Shown in pieces: positions 21,624 to 32,519 of a DNA stretch of 64,000 nucleotides. Position 1 is the first letter of the stretch, and each line of letters begins with the position of its first letter. This DNA comes from Vicinamibacterales bacterium (lineage in GTDB: Bacteria > Acidobacteriota > Vicinamibacteria > Vicinamibacterales > SCN-69-37). The stretch is from positions 146,715 to 210,714 of the forward strand of contig JAURFE010000002.1 of assembly GCA_030827135.1 (NCBI GenBank), read 5' to 3'. A model generated the notes under the pieces. It saw only the letters and a list, made by a program, of their open reading frames with translations. It ran no database searches and had not been told where the DNA came from. A program made the translations under genes and the position numbers.

Positions 21624-22385
21624 TCACGCCCTCAGCTTAATCGCAGCCACCATCCGGCCCGTGCCTTCACCCTCGGCCCGGTGAGAAAAACATCGGTCCA
21701 GGTTGTCGGCCGTGCAGATGCGTGACACGTGGATGGACGACGTGGGCACGCCGGCCGCGATCAGTTGGTCCGTGTTGGCTTTCCACAGGTCGAGCTTCCA
21801 GCGCTCGATGCCGTCCTCAGTCATCCAGTCTGCGGCCTCAGGGGTCATCGCGAGGAACGCATTCCGCACGCGACCATCCACCTGATAACAACACGGGCCG
21901 ATGCTCGGACCAATCGCAGCGACCAGTTCAGTGGCCCGAACCCCGAGTTCCTCTATCGCGGCAACCGTCGCCAGGGCAATCGCTGCGCACGTGCCCTTCC
22001 ATCCGGCGTGTACCGCAGCCACAACGCGACGGTGGCGGTCGGCAATCAGCACCGGCACACAGTCGGCGATGCGGACGGAGGCCACCCGCGCGGGATCGGT
22101 TGAAATGACTGCGTCGGCTTCCAGGTCCGATGCCACGGGCGCGCCCGGACGCACATGGACGATGACGCGACCGTGCACCTGCTTGACGCGCACGACATCG
22201 GTCTCACGCACATCAAAGAGCGCCGCGAGTTTCGCGTAGTCGCCCACCGGCTCGCGCCGGAATTCCAGCGATCGGCTCGAAAAGGCGTGCCGCGCCACGG
22301 CCGCAAGATTCGCCTGCTGCAACACGTCACCTACGGTTGTCGGATTCCAGGCCCAGTCGGGCGATGGGTCAACCACGGTAGGCAT
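21624..22385 (-). CDS. pgeF: PgeF/YfiH purine-nucleoside phosphorylase / laccase-domain protein
   Basis: [43 protein letters not shown]. Start uncertain (22385 or 22421). Confidence 0.88.
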   Translation of the reverse strand: MPTVVDPSPDWAWNPTTVGDVLQQANLAAVARHAFSSRSLEFRREPVGDYAKLAALFDVRETDVVRVKQVHGRVIVHVRPGAPVASDLEADAVISTDPARVASVRIADCVPVLIADRHRRVVAAVHAGWKGTCAAIALATVAAIEELGVRATELVAAIGPSIGPCCYQVDGRVRNAFLAMTPEAADWMTEDGIERWKLDLWKANTDQLIAAGVPTSSIHVSRICTADNLDRCFSHRAEGEGTGRMVAAIKLRA

Positions 22386-22535
22386 TCCTGTGGCCGGCTG
22401 GACGCCGCGCGGCTGGTACAACAGACATAAGCGCCACTCTATCCGAGGTTTCTGATGACACAGCGATCCGCGGCCGACCTGGCTTTACGTTTGCCTTGAA
22501 CGGGGTGTCCGGACATTCCGGCGGAGACACACAGC

Positions 22536-22835
22536 ATGACCATCAAATTCATTCCGAACGACAAAGGCAATCCCCCAGGCAAACTCGCCGACGCTGAGCT
22601 GCACTTTTCAGGCGGCCCACTCGATGGACTGAAGCTCATCGGCTTCGGTATCTGGGAACGCAAGACCGGCGGCCGCAACGTCACGTTCCCTGCGCGCCAG
22701 TATTCGATGAACGGTGAACGCCGGAGCTACTCGATCCTGCGCCCGATCGCGGATGCCTCGTCGCAGAACGCGCTTCGAGACATCATCCTCGAGGCGTACA
22801 AGGAGCACGAAACGGAACTCGCAGAGGCGGTGTAA
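22536..22835 (+). CDS. Small SpoVG-like nucleic-acid-binding protein
   Basis: GKLADAELHF...LKLIGFGIWE..GGRNVTFPAR...ILRP...LRDIILEAY resembles the SpoVG pattern; GGAG SD. Assignment by eye. Confidence 0.6.
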   Translation: MTIKFIPNDKGNPPGKLADAELHFSGGPLDGLKLIGFGIWERKTGGRNVTFPARQYSMNGERRSYSILRPIADASSQNALRDIILEAYKEHETELAEAV

Positions 22836-22859
22836 GGCAACCTGGTTTTGAGGCTGCCG

Positions 22860-24620
22860 CTATGCCCTTCGCGGTTGCATCGTGACTTCGGCCCGCAGGC
22901 TCTTATCGAGTTCGGTGCGGAAGAAGGACTCCTTCATGCCGCCGTCGATGATCTGCCAGGGCAGGAAGGGGTCGGCTTCCTTGTTGCGGTAGAGGTACGC
23001 GTCAGCGTCAAGGCCCGACTCGGCCACTGCGGCGCGCCAGTTGCCGCCATTGGCTTCGGCACGTTCGATGACATCGGAGACGCGGCGGTCACCCAGGGAG
23101 AGCAGCCCCTGATAATACGAATGCCGCTCGGACTTGATGTTGAAGTAGACGTTGTCGATGCCGGCCACGAGTTGCCGCAACCGCTTCGACTTCTGGTCAA
23201 TGGTCGCCGTGTCGGTCATCGGCATCCACTGATAGGTCGTGCCCGGCTTCGGCACCAGCGGGTTGACGGAGGCCACGATACGCCCGACAGCGCCGCGCGC
23301 CCTGGCGTACACCATCATGCGGTCGCGCATGGCGACCGTGAGATCACGGATTTCGACGAGGTCGTCATCGGTCTCGGTCGGAATCCCGATCATGTAGTAG
23401 AGCTTCAGGTTCTCAAACCCGGCGGCGAACACCATGTCCGTGCGTTTGAGGATTTCCTCGTTGGTCACGGTCTTGTTGATGACCCGGCGCAGGCGATCGG
23501 ATCCGGTTTCTGGTGCGATGGTGATCGACCGTTCACCGCTCTCACGCAGCAGGCGCAACACGGGTTCGGTCAGGTCGTCCATGCGCAGTGAGGCGGGACT
23601 GATGCCGTAGCCCATGCGAACCAGGCCCTCGAGAATCGGCACGATGTCGGGGTGATCACAGAGGGCGATCGACACCAGACCGGTGCGAGTCGCAAAGGGC
23701 CTGGCGGCCTCGGCAAGTTCGAGGATGCGCGCAGTGTCGAACGGACGCACGGGCAGATAGTTGTAGCCGGCCCAGCAGAAGCGGCACATGTTGGCGCAGC
23801 CGCGCACCACTTCGATGAGGAACCGCGCGCCGAACTCCGTGTCGGGCGTGAAGATTCGTGTGCAGGGAGGATCCACATGGTCCGTCGCCCGGATGGCGGC
23901 CTTCCGGACCGTCGCCGGCGCCCGCGTGCCCGCCTTCGGCGTAATCGCTGCGACGCGCCCAGGACCGTCGTAGGTGACGTCGTACAAACTCGGGATGTAG
24001 AACCCGCGTTCCTGGGTGAGCCGGTCGAGCAGGTCGTCCCTGTCCGAGGCGCTGTGCCACGCCTCGACGAGGGCCGGCACCAGCATCTCCCCTTCCCCTG
24101 CCGCGATGACATCGGCAAAGGGCGCGAGCGGTTCGGGATTCACGAATGTCACGGCGCCACCGACGATGATCAGCGGGTCACGATGGTGCCGGTCGGACGC
24201 CCGCGCTTTGAGCCCTGCCATGCGCAGCATGGTGAGGACGTTGGTGTAGTCCCACTCGAAGGAGACCGAGAACGCGAAGACATCGAAGTCCGAGACCGGC
24301 GTCTGCGATTCGATGGTGACGAGGGGCTGCCGGCGGACACGGTCGTCCGCGAGGTCCTGTCGCCCGGGCAGGAACACCCGCTCACACACCACCCGGTCGT
24401 CCGCGTTCAGCAGCTGATAGACCGTCTGCAACCCGAGGTTCGACATCCCGACGAAGTACGTATTCGGAAACGCGAGCGCCACCCGCATCCGGCCCCCATG
24501 GGGTTTCCGGATGACGCCGACTTCCTTGGCGAGCGTCTCGAGCGCCTCGGCGCGCCGATCCCCGGCAGCACCGGCGGACGCTTTGCCGCCGTATCGACGT
24601 GGGGGGGGACGTTTGGGCAT
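22860..24620 (-). CDS. Radical SAM protein with B12-binding-like N-domain
   Basis: ALAFPNTYFVGMSNLG, IEVVRGCANMCRFC (CxxxCxxC), TIAPETGSDRLR, PLVPKPGT. Confidence 0.88.
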   Translation of the reverse strand: MPKRPPPRRYGGKASAGAAGDRRAEALETLAKEVGVIRKPHGGRMRVALAFPNTYFVGMSNLGLQTVYQLLNADDRVVCERVFLPGRQDLADDRVRRQPLVTIESQTPVSDFDVFAFSVSFEWDYTNVLTMLRMAGLKARASDRHHRDPLIIVGGAVTFVNPEPLAPFADVIAAGEGEMLVPALVEAWHSASDRDDLLDRLTQERGFYIPSLYDVTYDGPGRVAAITPKAGTRAPATVRKAAIRATDHVDPPCTRIFTPDTEFGARFLIEVVRGCANMCRFCWAGYNYLPVRPFDTARILELAEAARPFATRTGLVSIALCDHPDIVPILEGLVRMGYGISPASLRMDDLTEPVLRLLRESGERSITIAPETGSDRLRRVINKTVTNEEILKRTDMVFAAGFENLKLYYMIGIPTETDDDLVEIRDLTVAMRDRMMVYARARGAVGRIVASVNPLVPKPGTTYQWMPMTDTATIDQKSKRLRQLVAGIDNVYFNIKSERHSYYQGLLSLGDRRVSDVIERAEANGGNWRAAVAESGLDADAYLYRNKEADPFLPWQIIDGGMKESFFRTELDKSLRAEVTMQPRRA

Positions 24621-24700
24621 GGTGGGGACCCGGTCGTCCTCGCGCCGCGGCTCAGACGGAAGCGCAGCGAGAGGCGGTGGGTGTTTCGATTGTACCTGCG

Positions 24701-25379
24701 TTATTGAGGATTGAGGATCGAGGATTGAGGATTGGCAATTGCGCAGTCAATTCTGCAATTGAGGATTGCGAGATTGATTGAGGGATTGACCGATTGGGGG
24801 ATTGGGGGATTGGGGGATTGAGGGATTGACGATGACGCTGCCGAACAACACAACTTCGCCGGAAGTTCTGAAGGACCGCCTGGAGAAGTTCGCCTTGGGC
24901 GTACTGCAGCTGACCGCACCGATGTTGCGCGAACTCGAAACTCGGGATATTGCGCTTCAACTCAGACGATCTTCGTCAAGCGCCTACTCAAATTACGGTT
25001 CCGCATGCGTCGCCAGGTCGCACGCGGATTTCACATCCAAAGTCGGTATTGCCTACGAAGAAGCCGACGAAAGCCGTCGGTGGTTGCGCTTTCTCAAAAA
25101 CGCGAACTTGGCGAATGACGACGACACCGCCCCTCTGCTCGCGGAATCTCTGGAACTGCGTGCGATACTCTCGGCGTCACACCTTACGGCGAAGCGGAAC
25201 CGTCACACCAGACGAGCCCGCTAGTCCGCTGGTCCCACAATCCCACAATCCCACAATCCCGCAATCCCGCAATCCATCAATCCGTCAATCCGTCAATCCG
25301 TCAATCAATCCCACAATCAGCAATTGCAGGATTGGCAGCCCAATTGCCAATCCTCAATCCTCCATCCTCAATCCTCAAT
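24701..25379. mobile_element. Putative cassette: four-helix-bundle gene enclosed by long inverted arms of 7/8-nt repeats
   Basis: Left arm 24701-24831 (ATTGAGG then GATTGNNN units) and right arm 25233-25379 (CAATC-core octamers then CCTCAAT) are reverse complements, 54/59 identical over the outer part. The structure is seen directly; mobility is inferred. Confidence 0.6.
24832..25224 (+). CDS. Four-helix-bundle protein (23S rRNA intervening-sequence protein / Avd-like family)
   Basis: LKDRLEKFA...IALQLRRSSSSAYSNYGSACVARSHADFTSKVGIAYEEADESRRWL...ESLELRAIL matches the QL.RS..S..AN..E...S..DF..K..IA..E..E...WL family pattern. Confidence 0.88.
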   Translation: MTLPNNTTSPEVLKDRLEKFALGVLQLTAPMLRELETRDIALQLRRSSSSAYSNYGSACVARSHADFTSKVGIAYEEADESRRWLRFLKNANLANDDDTAPLLAESLELRAILSASHLTAKRNRHTRRAR

Positions 25380-25406
25380 GCCGGCGGCAGCACCGTCGCC
25401 GCCGGC

Positions 25407-26720
25407 CTATCCTTCCTGCCGCCGGAGAAACGCCGGCACATCCAGCGCCGACGCGTCCTCGTCGAGCGCGTCGAGTGAGAGGTCACCGAGGCTGGCGGCG
25501 GTGGCGTCAACGGGCGGCGCGGCGGGCGCCGGCGCCGGAGCAAACGCCGGCAGATCGAGGCCGGGACGCCTCGAGACGGCCAGGGCCGGTCGGAGCGCGC
25601 TGAGCGGCGATCCGTTCACGACCTTGCGTTCCTCCTCGAGGATGCGGTGCGCACTGTACGCCGTCAGGTCGATCGGCGTGGGGATCGACGACTGCGCCAT
25701 TGGCGCGACGGCGTTGCGCGCCTTGTCAAATCCGGTCGCGATGACCGTGATTTTGATCTGGCCTTCCATCTTCGGATCCACGACGGCCCCGAAGATGATG
25801 TTCGCGTCTTCGTGCGCCGCGTTGTAGATGATTTCCGACGCCGCGCTGACCTCGGCCAGCGTCAGGTCCGGTCCGCCCGTGATGTTGATGATCACGCCGC
25901 GGGCGCCGTCCACCTTGGCGTCCTCGAGCAGCGGGCTGGACACCGCCGCCGTGGCCGCAGCCGTCGCGCGCCCCTCACCCGACGCGATGCCGGTGCCCAT
26001 GATGGCGATGCCCATGCGCGACATGATGGTCTTCACGTCGGCAAAGTCGAGGTTGATGATGCCGGGCACCAGAATCAGATCCGAAATGCCCTGAATCGCC
26101 TGCCGCAGCACGTCGTCGGCCGTGAGAAACGCGTCGGACATGCTTGTGTCCCGGCCGACGGTCGTCAGCAGACGCTCGTTGGGGATCGTGATCATCGTGT
26201 CGACGGCGTCCTGCAGTTCCTTCAGCCCACGCTCGGCCTGGGTGGCGCGGCGACGCCCCTCGAACTTGAAGGGCTTGGTCACGACGGCAATCGTCAGCGC
26301 GCCAATCTGATTGGCGAGGCTGGCAATCACCGGCGCGGCGCCAGTGCCCGTGCCGCCGCCGAGGCCTGTGGTCACGAACACCAAGTCGGCGCCCTGCAGC
26401 GTCTCGACAATCTTGTCCGTATCCTCAAGGGCGGCGTCCCGGCCGACGTTGGGATCGGCGCCGGCGCCGAGTCCCTTCGTCAACAGACGGCCCAGCTGGA
26501 TCTTCACCGGGGCCGGGCTGTTCGCCAGCGCCTGCTGGTCGGTGTTGGCGACGATGAACTCGACGCCGCTCAGACCGGCCTGGACCATGCGGTTCACGGC
26601 ATTGCTGCCGCCGCCGCCCACGCCAATCACCTTGATACGGGCGCCGGCACGCGCCTCGTCGTCGAGAAGGATTCTCAATTTGTCATCTCCCTGTTCCAGC
26701 AACGTCAGTGGATTCATCAA
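25407..26720 (-). CDS. ftsZ: Cell division protein FtsZ
   Basis: [35 protein letters not shown]-terminal [10 protein letters not shown]. Confidence 0.98.
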   Translation of the reverse strand: MMNPLTLLEQGDDKLRILLDDEARAGARIKVIGVGGGGSNAVNRMVQAGLSGVEFIVANTDQQALANSPAPVKIQLGRLLTKGLGAGADPNVGRDAALEDTDKIVETLQGADLVFVTTGLGGGTGTGAAPVIASLANQIGALTIAVVTKPFKFEGRRRATQAERGLKELQDAVDTMITIPNERLLTTVGRDTSMSDAFLTADDVLRQAIQGISDLILVPGIINLDFADVKTIMSRMGIAIMGTGIASGEGRATAAATAAVSSPLLEDAKVDGARGVIINITGGPDLTLAEVSAASEIIYNAAHEDANIIFGAVVDPKMEGQIKITVIATGFDKARNAVAPMAQSSIPTPIDLTAYSAHRILEEERKVVNGSPLSALRPALAVSRRPGLDLPAFAPAPAPAAPPVDATAASLGDLSLDALDEDASALDVPAFLRRQEG

Positions 26721-26735
26721 CCGATCTCCTCCGAA

Positions 26736-27968
26736 TCAGAAAAACTCTTTGAACAACGTGCGAAGCCGGCCCGTCAGCCGGCCAATGGCCCCGGCGCCCA
26801 CGCGCTCCGGTTCCTGTTGCAGATTGCGATGGGCGTACATCACGAGCCCCACCGACGTCGCAAACGCCGGACTGTTCACGTGGTCGGCGAGACCGCCAAC
26901 TTCCTCGGGCGCTCCGCGGCGCACGGGCAGGTCGAAAATCTGCTCGGCGATTTCGACCATGCCTTCCAGCATCGAACCGCCGCCGGTGAGCACGATGCCC
27001 GAGTTGAGCGACTTCTCGAATCCGGCCTTGCGGATCTCGTCCCAGAGGAGGTGACAGATCTCCTCCGCCCGCGGCTGGAGGATCTCGGAGAGCACACGCC
27101 GCGGCATCATCCTGGAGCGCCGGCCGGCAATACTCGCCACTTCCATCGTCTCGTCTTCGGGCACCAGGGACGTCAGCGCGCATCCGGAACGGCGCTTGAG
27201 TTTCTCCGCCTCTGGAATCGGCATCCGCAGGCCGACCGCGATGTCGTTCGTGAAGTGGTCGCCGCCGACGGCCAGCACGCCTGCATGCCAGAGACTGCCC
27301 CGCTCGAAGACGGCAAAATCCGTCGTGCCGCCACCGATGTCGACGACGCAGACACCGAGTTCTTTCTCGTCAGGCGTCAGCACCGCTTCGCTGGCCGCCA
27401 ACTGCTCCAGCACGGTGTCGCCAACTTCCACACCCGCGCGGTTCACGCAGGCAACCATGTTCTGCATCGACGACGAACTGCCGGTGACGACATGGACGTT
27501 CACCTCGAGTCTCGAACCCGTCATGCCGACGGGTACGGCGATGCCGTCCTGATCGTCCACCACGAAGTCCTGCGGCAGCACGTGGAGGATGTCGCGGCCG
27601 GCGGGCAGGGCCACGGCCCGTGCCGCATCAATCGCGCGCTTCACATCCTCGCGGGCGATCTCCCGGTTGCGCCCGGCGACGGCGACGACGCCGCGGCTGT
27701 TGAACGCCTTGACGTGTGCGCCGGACAATGCGAGATGAACCGTGTCGATTTCGACGCCGGCGGTCAATTCGGCCTCATCGAGGGCCTTCTTGATCGCCTC
27801 CGCGGCGGAGTCGACGTTGTTCACCACACCCCGCCGGATGCCCTTCGAGTCGGCGAGCCCGATGCCGATGATGTCGACCGTCCCGTCGTCCATCATCTCG
27901 CCCACAATTGCCGAGATCTTGGACGTCCCCACATCGAGTCCGACCAAGTACCGCTCTCTTCGTGCCAT
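26736..27968 (-). CDS. ftsA: Cell division protein FtsA
   Basis: [37 protein letters not shown]. Confidence 0.97.
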   Translation of the reverse strand: MARRERYLVGLDVGTSKISAIVGEMMDDGTVDIIGIGLADSKGIRRGVVNNVDSAAEAIKKALDEAELTAGVEIDTVHLALSGAHVKAFNSRGVVAVAGRNREIAREDVKRAIDAARAVALPAGRDILHVLPQDFVVDDQDGIAVPVGMTGSRLEVNVHVVTGSSSSMQNMVACVNRAGVEVGDTVLEQLAASEAVLTPDEKELGVCVVDIGGGTTDFAVFERGSLWHAGVLAVGGDHFTNDIAVGLRMPIPEAEKLKRRSGCALTSLVPEDETMEVASIAGRRSRMMPRRVLSEILQPRAEEICHLLWDEIRKAGFEKSLNSGIVLTGGGSMLEGMVEIAEQIFDLPVRRGAPEEVGGLADHVNSPAFATSVGLVMYAHRNLQQEPERVGAGAIGRLTGRLRTLFKEFF

Positions 27969-27989
27969 GCGCTCTCCCGTACGTGTCTG

Positions 27990-28832
27990 TTACTTCCGGT
28001 CTTTCAGGAACACCCGGTTGCCAAACCGGAGGTCCACGTAATCCACAATCCGCCCGCGTTCCTCGATCGTGGGCGTCAAATCCAGATAGGTCTGCAGGCG
28101 ATCCACAAACTGCCGATCGCCCAGATGCAGCGCCGTCGTGTCATCGGCCAGCATGACCACGACGTTGCCGTCGATGGCCACGTTGACCTGCGACACCACA
28201 CGCCTGAGTTCGGGGCGGACCTCGAGTTCCCTGAAGAAGCGGGCCACCAGTTGCGCGCGGCCGGGGTCAATCGGGGGACCGTCCTCGGATCTCGGTGCCG
28301 CCATGCCGTCGACAATCGATAAATCAAAATCCCGGTACTGCGGTCCGTATTCGTCCATGATGACGCCCGCATCGTCGACGAGATACAGCTGCTGTCCAAG
28401 CCGCGCGATCGCAATGGGTTCGCGCTCCACGATGTGCACGTCCACCGTGGAGGGCAGGACGCGCCGCAATGACACGTCCGCCACCCAGGGCGAATCGAGC
28501 AGCGCTGCACGGAAGCGATCGAGATCCACCAGCAGCAGGCTCTCGCCCCGCATGTGGCCGATCAGCGCCTCGACCTCCCCGACCGTCAGGCGGCGATGTC
28601 CACTGACCGTCAGATCGTGGACCGCCAGGATGCGGGCGCCCACCGCGCGGGTCGAAACAAAGACGCCGGCGGCGGCAAGTACCGCCACAAGCACCACCAC
28701 ACGTCCCACCTGCCAGGCGCTCAGCCACGTGCCGCGCCGGCCGGGCCGGACATCTGCGCGCCGGAAGCGCTTGTCGGCCACCGCGGCCGGGCCGGCCGGC
28801 AAGCCTCGTCGCGGCGTCGGCGACGCACTCAC
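27990..28832 (-). CDS. ftsQ: Cell division protein FtsQ/DivIB
   Basis: Single TM, POTRA (PWVADVSLRRVLPSTVDVHIVEREPIA), C-terminal YVDLRF; position before ftsA. Confidence 0.9.
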   Translation of the reverse strand: MSASPTPRRGLPAGPAAVADKRFRRADVRPGRRGTWLSAWQVGRVVVLVAVLAAAGVFVSTRAVGARILAVHDLTVSGHRRLTVGEVEALIGHMRGESLLLVDLDRFRAALLDSPWVADVSLRRVLPSTVDVHIVEREPIAIARLGQQLYLVDDAGVIMDEYGPQYRDFDLSIVDGMAAPRSEDGPPIDPGRAQLVARFFRELEVRPELRRVVSQVNVAIDGNVVVMLADDTTALHLGDRQFVDRLQTYLDLTPTIEERGRIVDYVDLRFGNRVFLKDRK

Positions 28833-30259
28833 GAGACCACCTCCCCGGCGCCGGCCGACGTCGCCATCTGCTGGAGCAGCGACACCACCCGATCCGCCAC
28901 GTGACCAATCGACCCGGCCCCAAGGGTGACAATCAGGTCACCCGGTTGCGCCATCAGCGCCAGATGCCCCGCCAGGTCGCCCACGGCGGGCACCAGCACG
29001 AGATCCTTCACGTGCGGGCGCACGGCGGCCGCCAGGCGATCAAGGGAGATGCCGGGAATCGGCGCCTCGCTGGCGGCATAGATGTCGGTCAGCACGACGA
29101 CATCGGCCAGGCCAAGCGCCGGTCCGAATTCAGCGAGCAGATCCCGTGTGCGCGAATAGCGATGCGGCTGAAACGCCACCACCAGCCGCCCTGGCGCCCC
29201 CTCGCGCGCGGTGCGCAACACGGCGGCGATCTCCGTCGGATGGTGTCCGTAGTCATCCACCACGGTGACGCCCTCGACGGAGCCGCGCAGCTGGTAGCGG
29301 CGCTCGGCTCCGTGGAAGCTGCGTAACGCCTCGGCGATACGCTCGAACGGCACGCCGAGCTCCCGGCCCATCGCGGCGGCGGCCAGCGCGTTGAGCAGGT
29401 TATGGCGTCCAGGGACGCCGATGACCAGCTCGCCGCGATCAGGCGCCGACCGGTCGGGTCCGGTAAATGTTCTGACCTGACAACGGGCGAGCCGGCCGTC
29501 GCTGGTCGCCCCTTCGCCACGCACGTCGGCGGCATCTGAGAAGCCATACGTGATGACTCGTCGCGTCAGCCGCGGCAGGAGCCCAGCCACAACCGGGTCA
29601 TCGATACACGCAATCACGGCGCCGTAAAACGGCACCTTGTTGCCAAACTCCACGAAAGCGTCAATCAGATTCTCGAACGTGCCGTAACTCTCCATGTGCT
29701 CGTGATCGATATTGGTGATTACGGCAAACGTCGGCGAGAGCAGCAGAAACGATCGGTCACTTTCGTCCGCTTCGGCCACCATGTACTGGCTGCTGCCGAG
29801 CCGGGCATTGCTGCCGAATGCCGACAACCGCCCGCCGATGACGGCGGTGGGGTCGAGTCCGGCCTTCTCAAGCATGAGCGCGACCATCGACGTCGTGGTC
29901 GTCTTGCCGTGCGCGCCCGCGATCGCAATCCCGGTGCGCAGGCGCATGAATTCCGCCAGCATTTCGGCGCGCGGAATCACCGGCACGTGGGCCGTCCGCG
30001 CGGCCACGACTTCGGGATTGTCTTTCGCGACAGCCGACGACGTCACGACGACATCGGCGCTGCCGAGGTTCGCCGCCGCGTGTCCCACGGCCACGCGGAC
30101 GCCGAGTTCCACGAGCCGTTCGGTGATCTCCGATCGCTTCGTATCGGACCCGGACACCTCAAAGCCGAGGTTGGCCAGCAACTCGGCAATGCCGCTCATG
30201 CCGATGCCGCCAATCCCCACGAAGTGAATGCGCCGTGTGCGCCCCAGCATCGTCGTCAT
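28829..30259 (-). CDS. murC: UDP-N-acetylmuramate-L-alanine ligase
   Basis: IHFVGIGGIGMSG, GAHGKTTTT, EADESD, DDYGHHPTE, FQPHRYSRT. Confidence 0.97.
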   Translation of the reverse strand: MTTMLGRTRRIHFVGIGGIGMSGIAELLANLGFEVSGSDTKRSEITERLVELGVRVAVGHAAANLGSADVVVTSSAVAKDNPEVVAARTAHVPVIPRAEMLAEFMRLRTGIAIAGAHGKTTTTSMVALMLEKAGLDPTAVIGGRLSAFGSNARLGSSQYMVAEADESDRSFLLLSPTFAVITNIDHEHMESYGTFENLIDAFVEFGNKVPFYGAVIACIDDPVVAGLLPRLTRRVITYGFSDAADVRGEGATSDGRLARCQVRTFTGPDRSAPDRGELVIGVPGRHNLLNALAAAAMGRELGVPFERIAEALRSFHGAERRYQLRGSVEGVTVVDDYGHHPTEIAAVLRTAREGAPGRLVVAFQPHRYSRTRDLLAEFGPALGLADVVVLTDIYAASEAPIPGISLDRLAAAVRPHVKDLVLVPAVGDLAGHLALMAQPGDLIVTLGAGSIGHVADRVVSLLQQMATSAGAGEVVS

Positions 30260-31356
30260 GCGGCCAACTCCAGGAGTCGCGTCACGATGATTTCTGCCGC
30301 TTCGGGCTTCGCCATGGTGCGCATCGCCGCGCGCATGGTCGCCCGCTTGGAAGCATCGGAGGTCAGGGACACGAGCACGTCCACAAGCGCCGTCCGGCCC
30401 GGCTCGGTTGCCAGTGTCCGTTCATCCACCAGCACGGCGGCGCCCTGCCGCACGAGCGCCAGCGCGTTGTGCCGCTGATGATCATCGGCGGCGTCGGGGA
30501 ACGGCACGAGCACGGCCGGCACGCCGAGGGCGGCCAACTCTGCCAACGTGGTGGCGCCGGCGCGCGACACCACCACGTCGGCGCGGCTCATCTCGTCGGC
30601 GACGGTGTCGAGGAAGGGTTCAGCCCGCGCCGACAGACCGGCGTCGCGGTAGACCCGACGGACCATTTCCAGGTCCCGGGCGCCGGTTTGATGGAGGATT
30701 TCGATCCGAGGGCACCGTCGTACCAGCTCCGGTGCCGTCGCCACCATGGCCATGTTGAGTGCGTGCGCGCCCTGGGAGCCGCCAAGGATCAGCACCCTGG
30801 GCGGACGGTCCGCCCCGTGACGTTCCGTCCGAGCGTGAAGGAATTCCGGACGCACTGGGTTTCCCGCAACAAAGCCCCTCCCGCGAAAGTAGGTCAGCGT
30901 GCTGTCATAGGTCACGGCCGCCGCCCGTACGAACGGCGCCAGCCATCGGTTGGTCAGTCCAGGTATCGCATTCTGTTCAAGCACCATCGTCGGCACGCCG
31001 CGCAGTGCGGCCATCAGCACGAGCGGGCCGGAGCTGTAGCCCCCGACGCCAACGACCACGTGGGGGTGACGGCCGGTGACGACGCGCCAGGCGTCGACGG
31101 CGCTGACGGGCAGCATGGACGCCCCACGCAGACGCGCGATCAACGACTTGCCCTTGATGCCGGCACTCCGAATCAGGTCGAGCTCGAATCCTTCGGCGGG
31201 CACGACGCGCGCTTCGAGACCGCGGGCGGTGCCGGCAAAGGACACGCGCGCGTCGGGCCGGCGCGCCAGCAACGCACGCGCCACAGCGAGACCCGGGTAG
31301 AGGTGTCCTCCCGTGCCGCCGCCGGCGATCACCACGGTCAACGGCCGCGGCGTCAT
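30256..31356 (-). CDS. murG: Lipid II GlcNAc transferase MurG
   Basis: AGGGTGGHLYP, GVGGYSS, EQNAIPG, GGSQGA, SRAGATT, DDHQ.HNA. Start at ATG 31356 overlapping the ftsW stop. Confidence 0.96.
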   Translation of the reverse strand: MTPRPLTVVIAGGGTGGHLYPGLAVARALLARRPDARVSFAGTARGLEARVVPAEGFELDLIRSAGIKGKSLIARLRGASMLPVSAVDAWRVVTGRHPHVVVGVGGYSSGPLVLMAALRGVPTMVLEQNAIPGLTNRWLAPFVRAAAVTYDSTLTYFRGRGFVAGNPVRPEFLHARTERHGADRPPRVLILGGSQGAHALNMAMVATAPELVRRCPRIEILHQTGARDLEMVRRVYRDAGLSARAEPFLDTVADEMSRADVVVSRAGATTLAELAALGVPAVLVPFPDAADDHQRHNALALVRQGAAVLVDERTLATEPGRTALVDVLVSLTSDASKRATMRAAMRTMAKPEAAEIIVTRLLELAA

Positions 31357-32519
31357 GCACGCACCCCCAGTGGATCTTCGGTGGTCACGGCACTCGCCAC
31401 GCTTTGCACACGACCGTCCGCGTCCACGGCCGATGCGTGCTGGGTGATATTGAGCAGAATGCCCATCGCGAACAGGCTCACCAGCATCGACGACCCGCCG
31501 TTGCTCACAAACGGCAGCGGAATCCCCTTGGTCGGGAGCAGGCCAATCACGACGCTGAGATTCACGAATGCCTGCGCGGCGAGCATCGCGGTCAGCCCGA
31601 GGGCCAGCAGCGACCCGAAGCGGTCCGGCGCGCGCATCGATGCCCGCACGCCTCGCAGCGCGATGACGACAAAACACGCCAGAATGACGGTGGCGCCGAT
31701 CAGGCCGAGTTCTTCGGAGATCACGGCATAGATGAAGTCGCTGTGCGGCTCGGGAATGTAAAAGAGTTTCTGGACCCCGTCCATGAACCCCCGGCCGAAC
31801 GGGCCGCCGGACCCGACGGCGATCAGGGACTGCCGAAGCTGGAAGCCGGCGCCGAACGGGTCCCTTTCGGGATCGAGAAAAATCGTGAAGCGGGTCCAGC
31901 GGTAGGGCGCGAGATAGATCATCACCCCGGCCAGCGGCAGCAGCACGGCGCCGGTGACCGCGAGATACCGGAACGACAATCCGGCGGCAAACACCATGGC
32001 GAGGACGACGCCGGTCAGGGCGGTAGAGGTGCCGAAGTCCGGCTGCAGCAGAATCAATCCCGAGAGGACCCCGACCAGGACCCCGATCGGCAGCAACGCG
32101 TACCGGAGGTCATTGATGCGATGCATCCGTCGCTCAAGAATGGCGGCCGTGAAGCACACCGCCGCCAGCTTGGCGATCTCGGACGGCTGCAGTGTGAATC
32201 CCGGAACCGAGATCCACCGACGGGTGCCGTTGATGGGCGCGAACGCGAATACGGCCAGCAGCAACACGACCGTCGTGCCGACCAGCGTCCAGATGACCGC
32301 CGGCTTCCTGAAGAGGTGGTAGTCGACACGCATGCCGATGAGCAGCAACAGCAGCCCGCCGCCGACAAACGCCGCCTGCTTGATCAGGAGGTGATACTGC
32401 GAGTCAAAGCGTTCGTCGGACCACCGAGCGGAGGCGGAGAACACCATCACCAGGCTGAAGCCCAGCAGAATCAGTGTGGCCCACAACAGCCACTTGTCAG
32501 ATTTCAGCGTTCTCGCCAT
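31353..32519 (-). CDS. ftsW: SEDS peptidoglycan polymerase FtsW
   Basis: MVFSAS, NGTRRW, QPSEIAK, QPDFG, PEPHSDFI, PTKGIPLPFVSNGGSS. Confidence 0.96.
   Translation of the reverse strand: MARTLKSDKWLLWATLILLGFSLVMVFSASARWSDERFDSQYHLLIKQAAFVGGGLLLLLIGMRVDYHLFRKPAVIWTLVGTTVVLLLAVFAFAPINGTRRWISVPGFTLQPSEIAKLAAVCFTAAILERRMHRINDLRYALLPIGVLVGVLSGLILLQPDFGTSTALTGVVLAMVFAAGLSFRYLAVTGAVLLPLAGVMIYLAPYRWTRFTIFLDPERDPFGAGFQLRQSLIAVGSGGPFGRGFMDGVQKLFYIPEPHSDFIYAVISEELGLIGATVILACFVVIALRGVRASMRAPDRFGSLLALGLTAMLAAQAFVNLSVVIGLLPTKGIPLPFVSNGGSSMLVSLFAMGILLNITQHASAVDADGRVQSVASAVTTEDPLGVRA

Noticed and set aside
24701-25379. Diversity-generating retroelement (Avd-like gene) or classical IS
   Set aside because: No reverse transcriptase, TR/VR pair, transposase or target-site duplication seen in the window.
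25647-28322. 891-aa plus-strand ORF
   Set aside because: Antisense shadow of ftsZ, ftsA and ftsQ.
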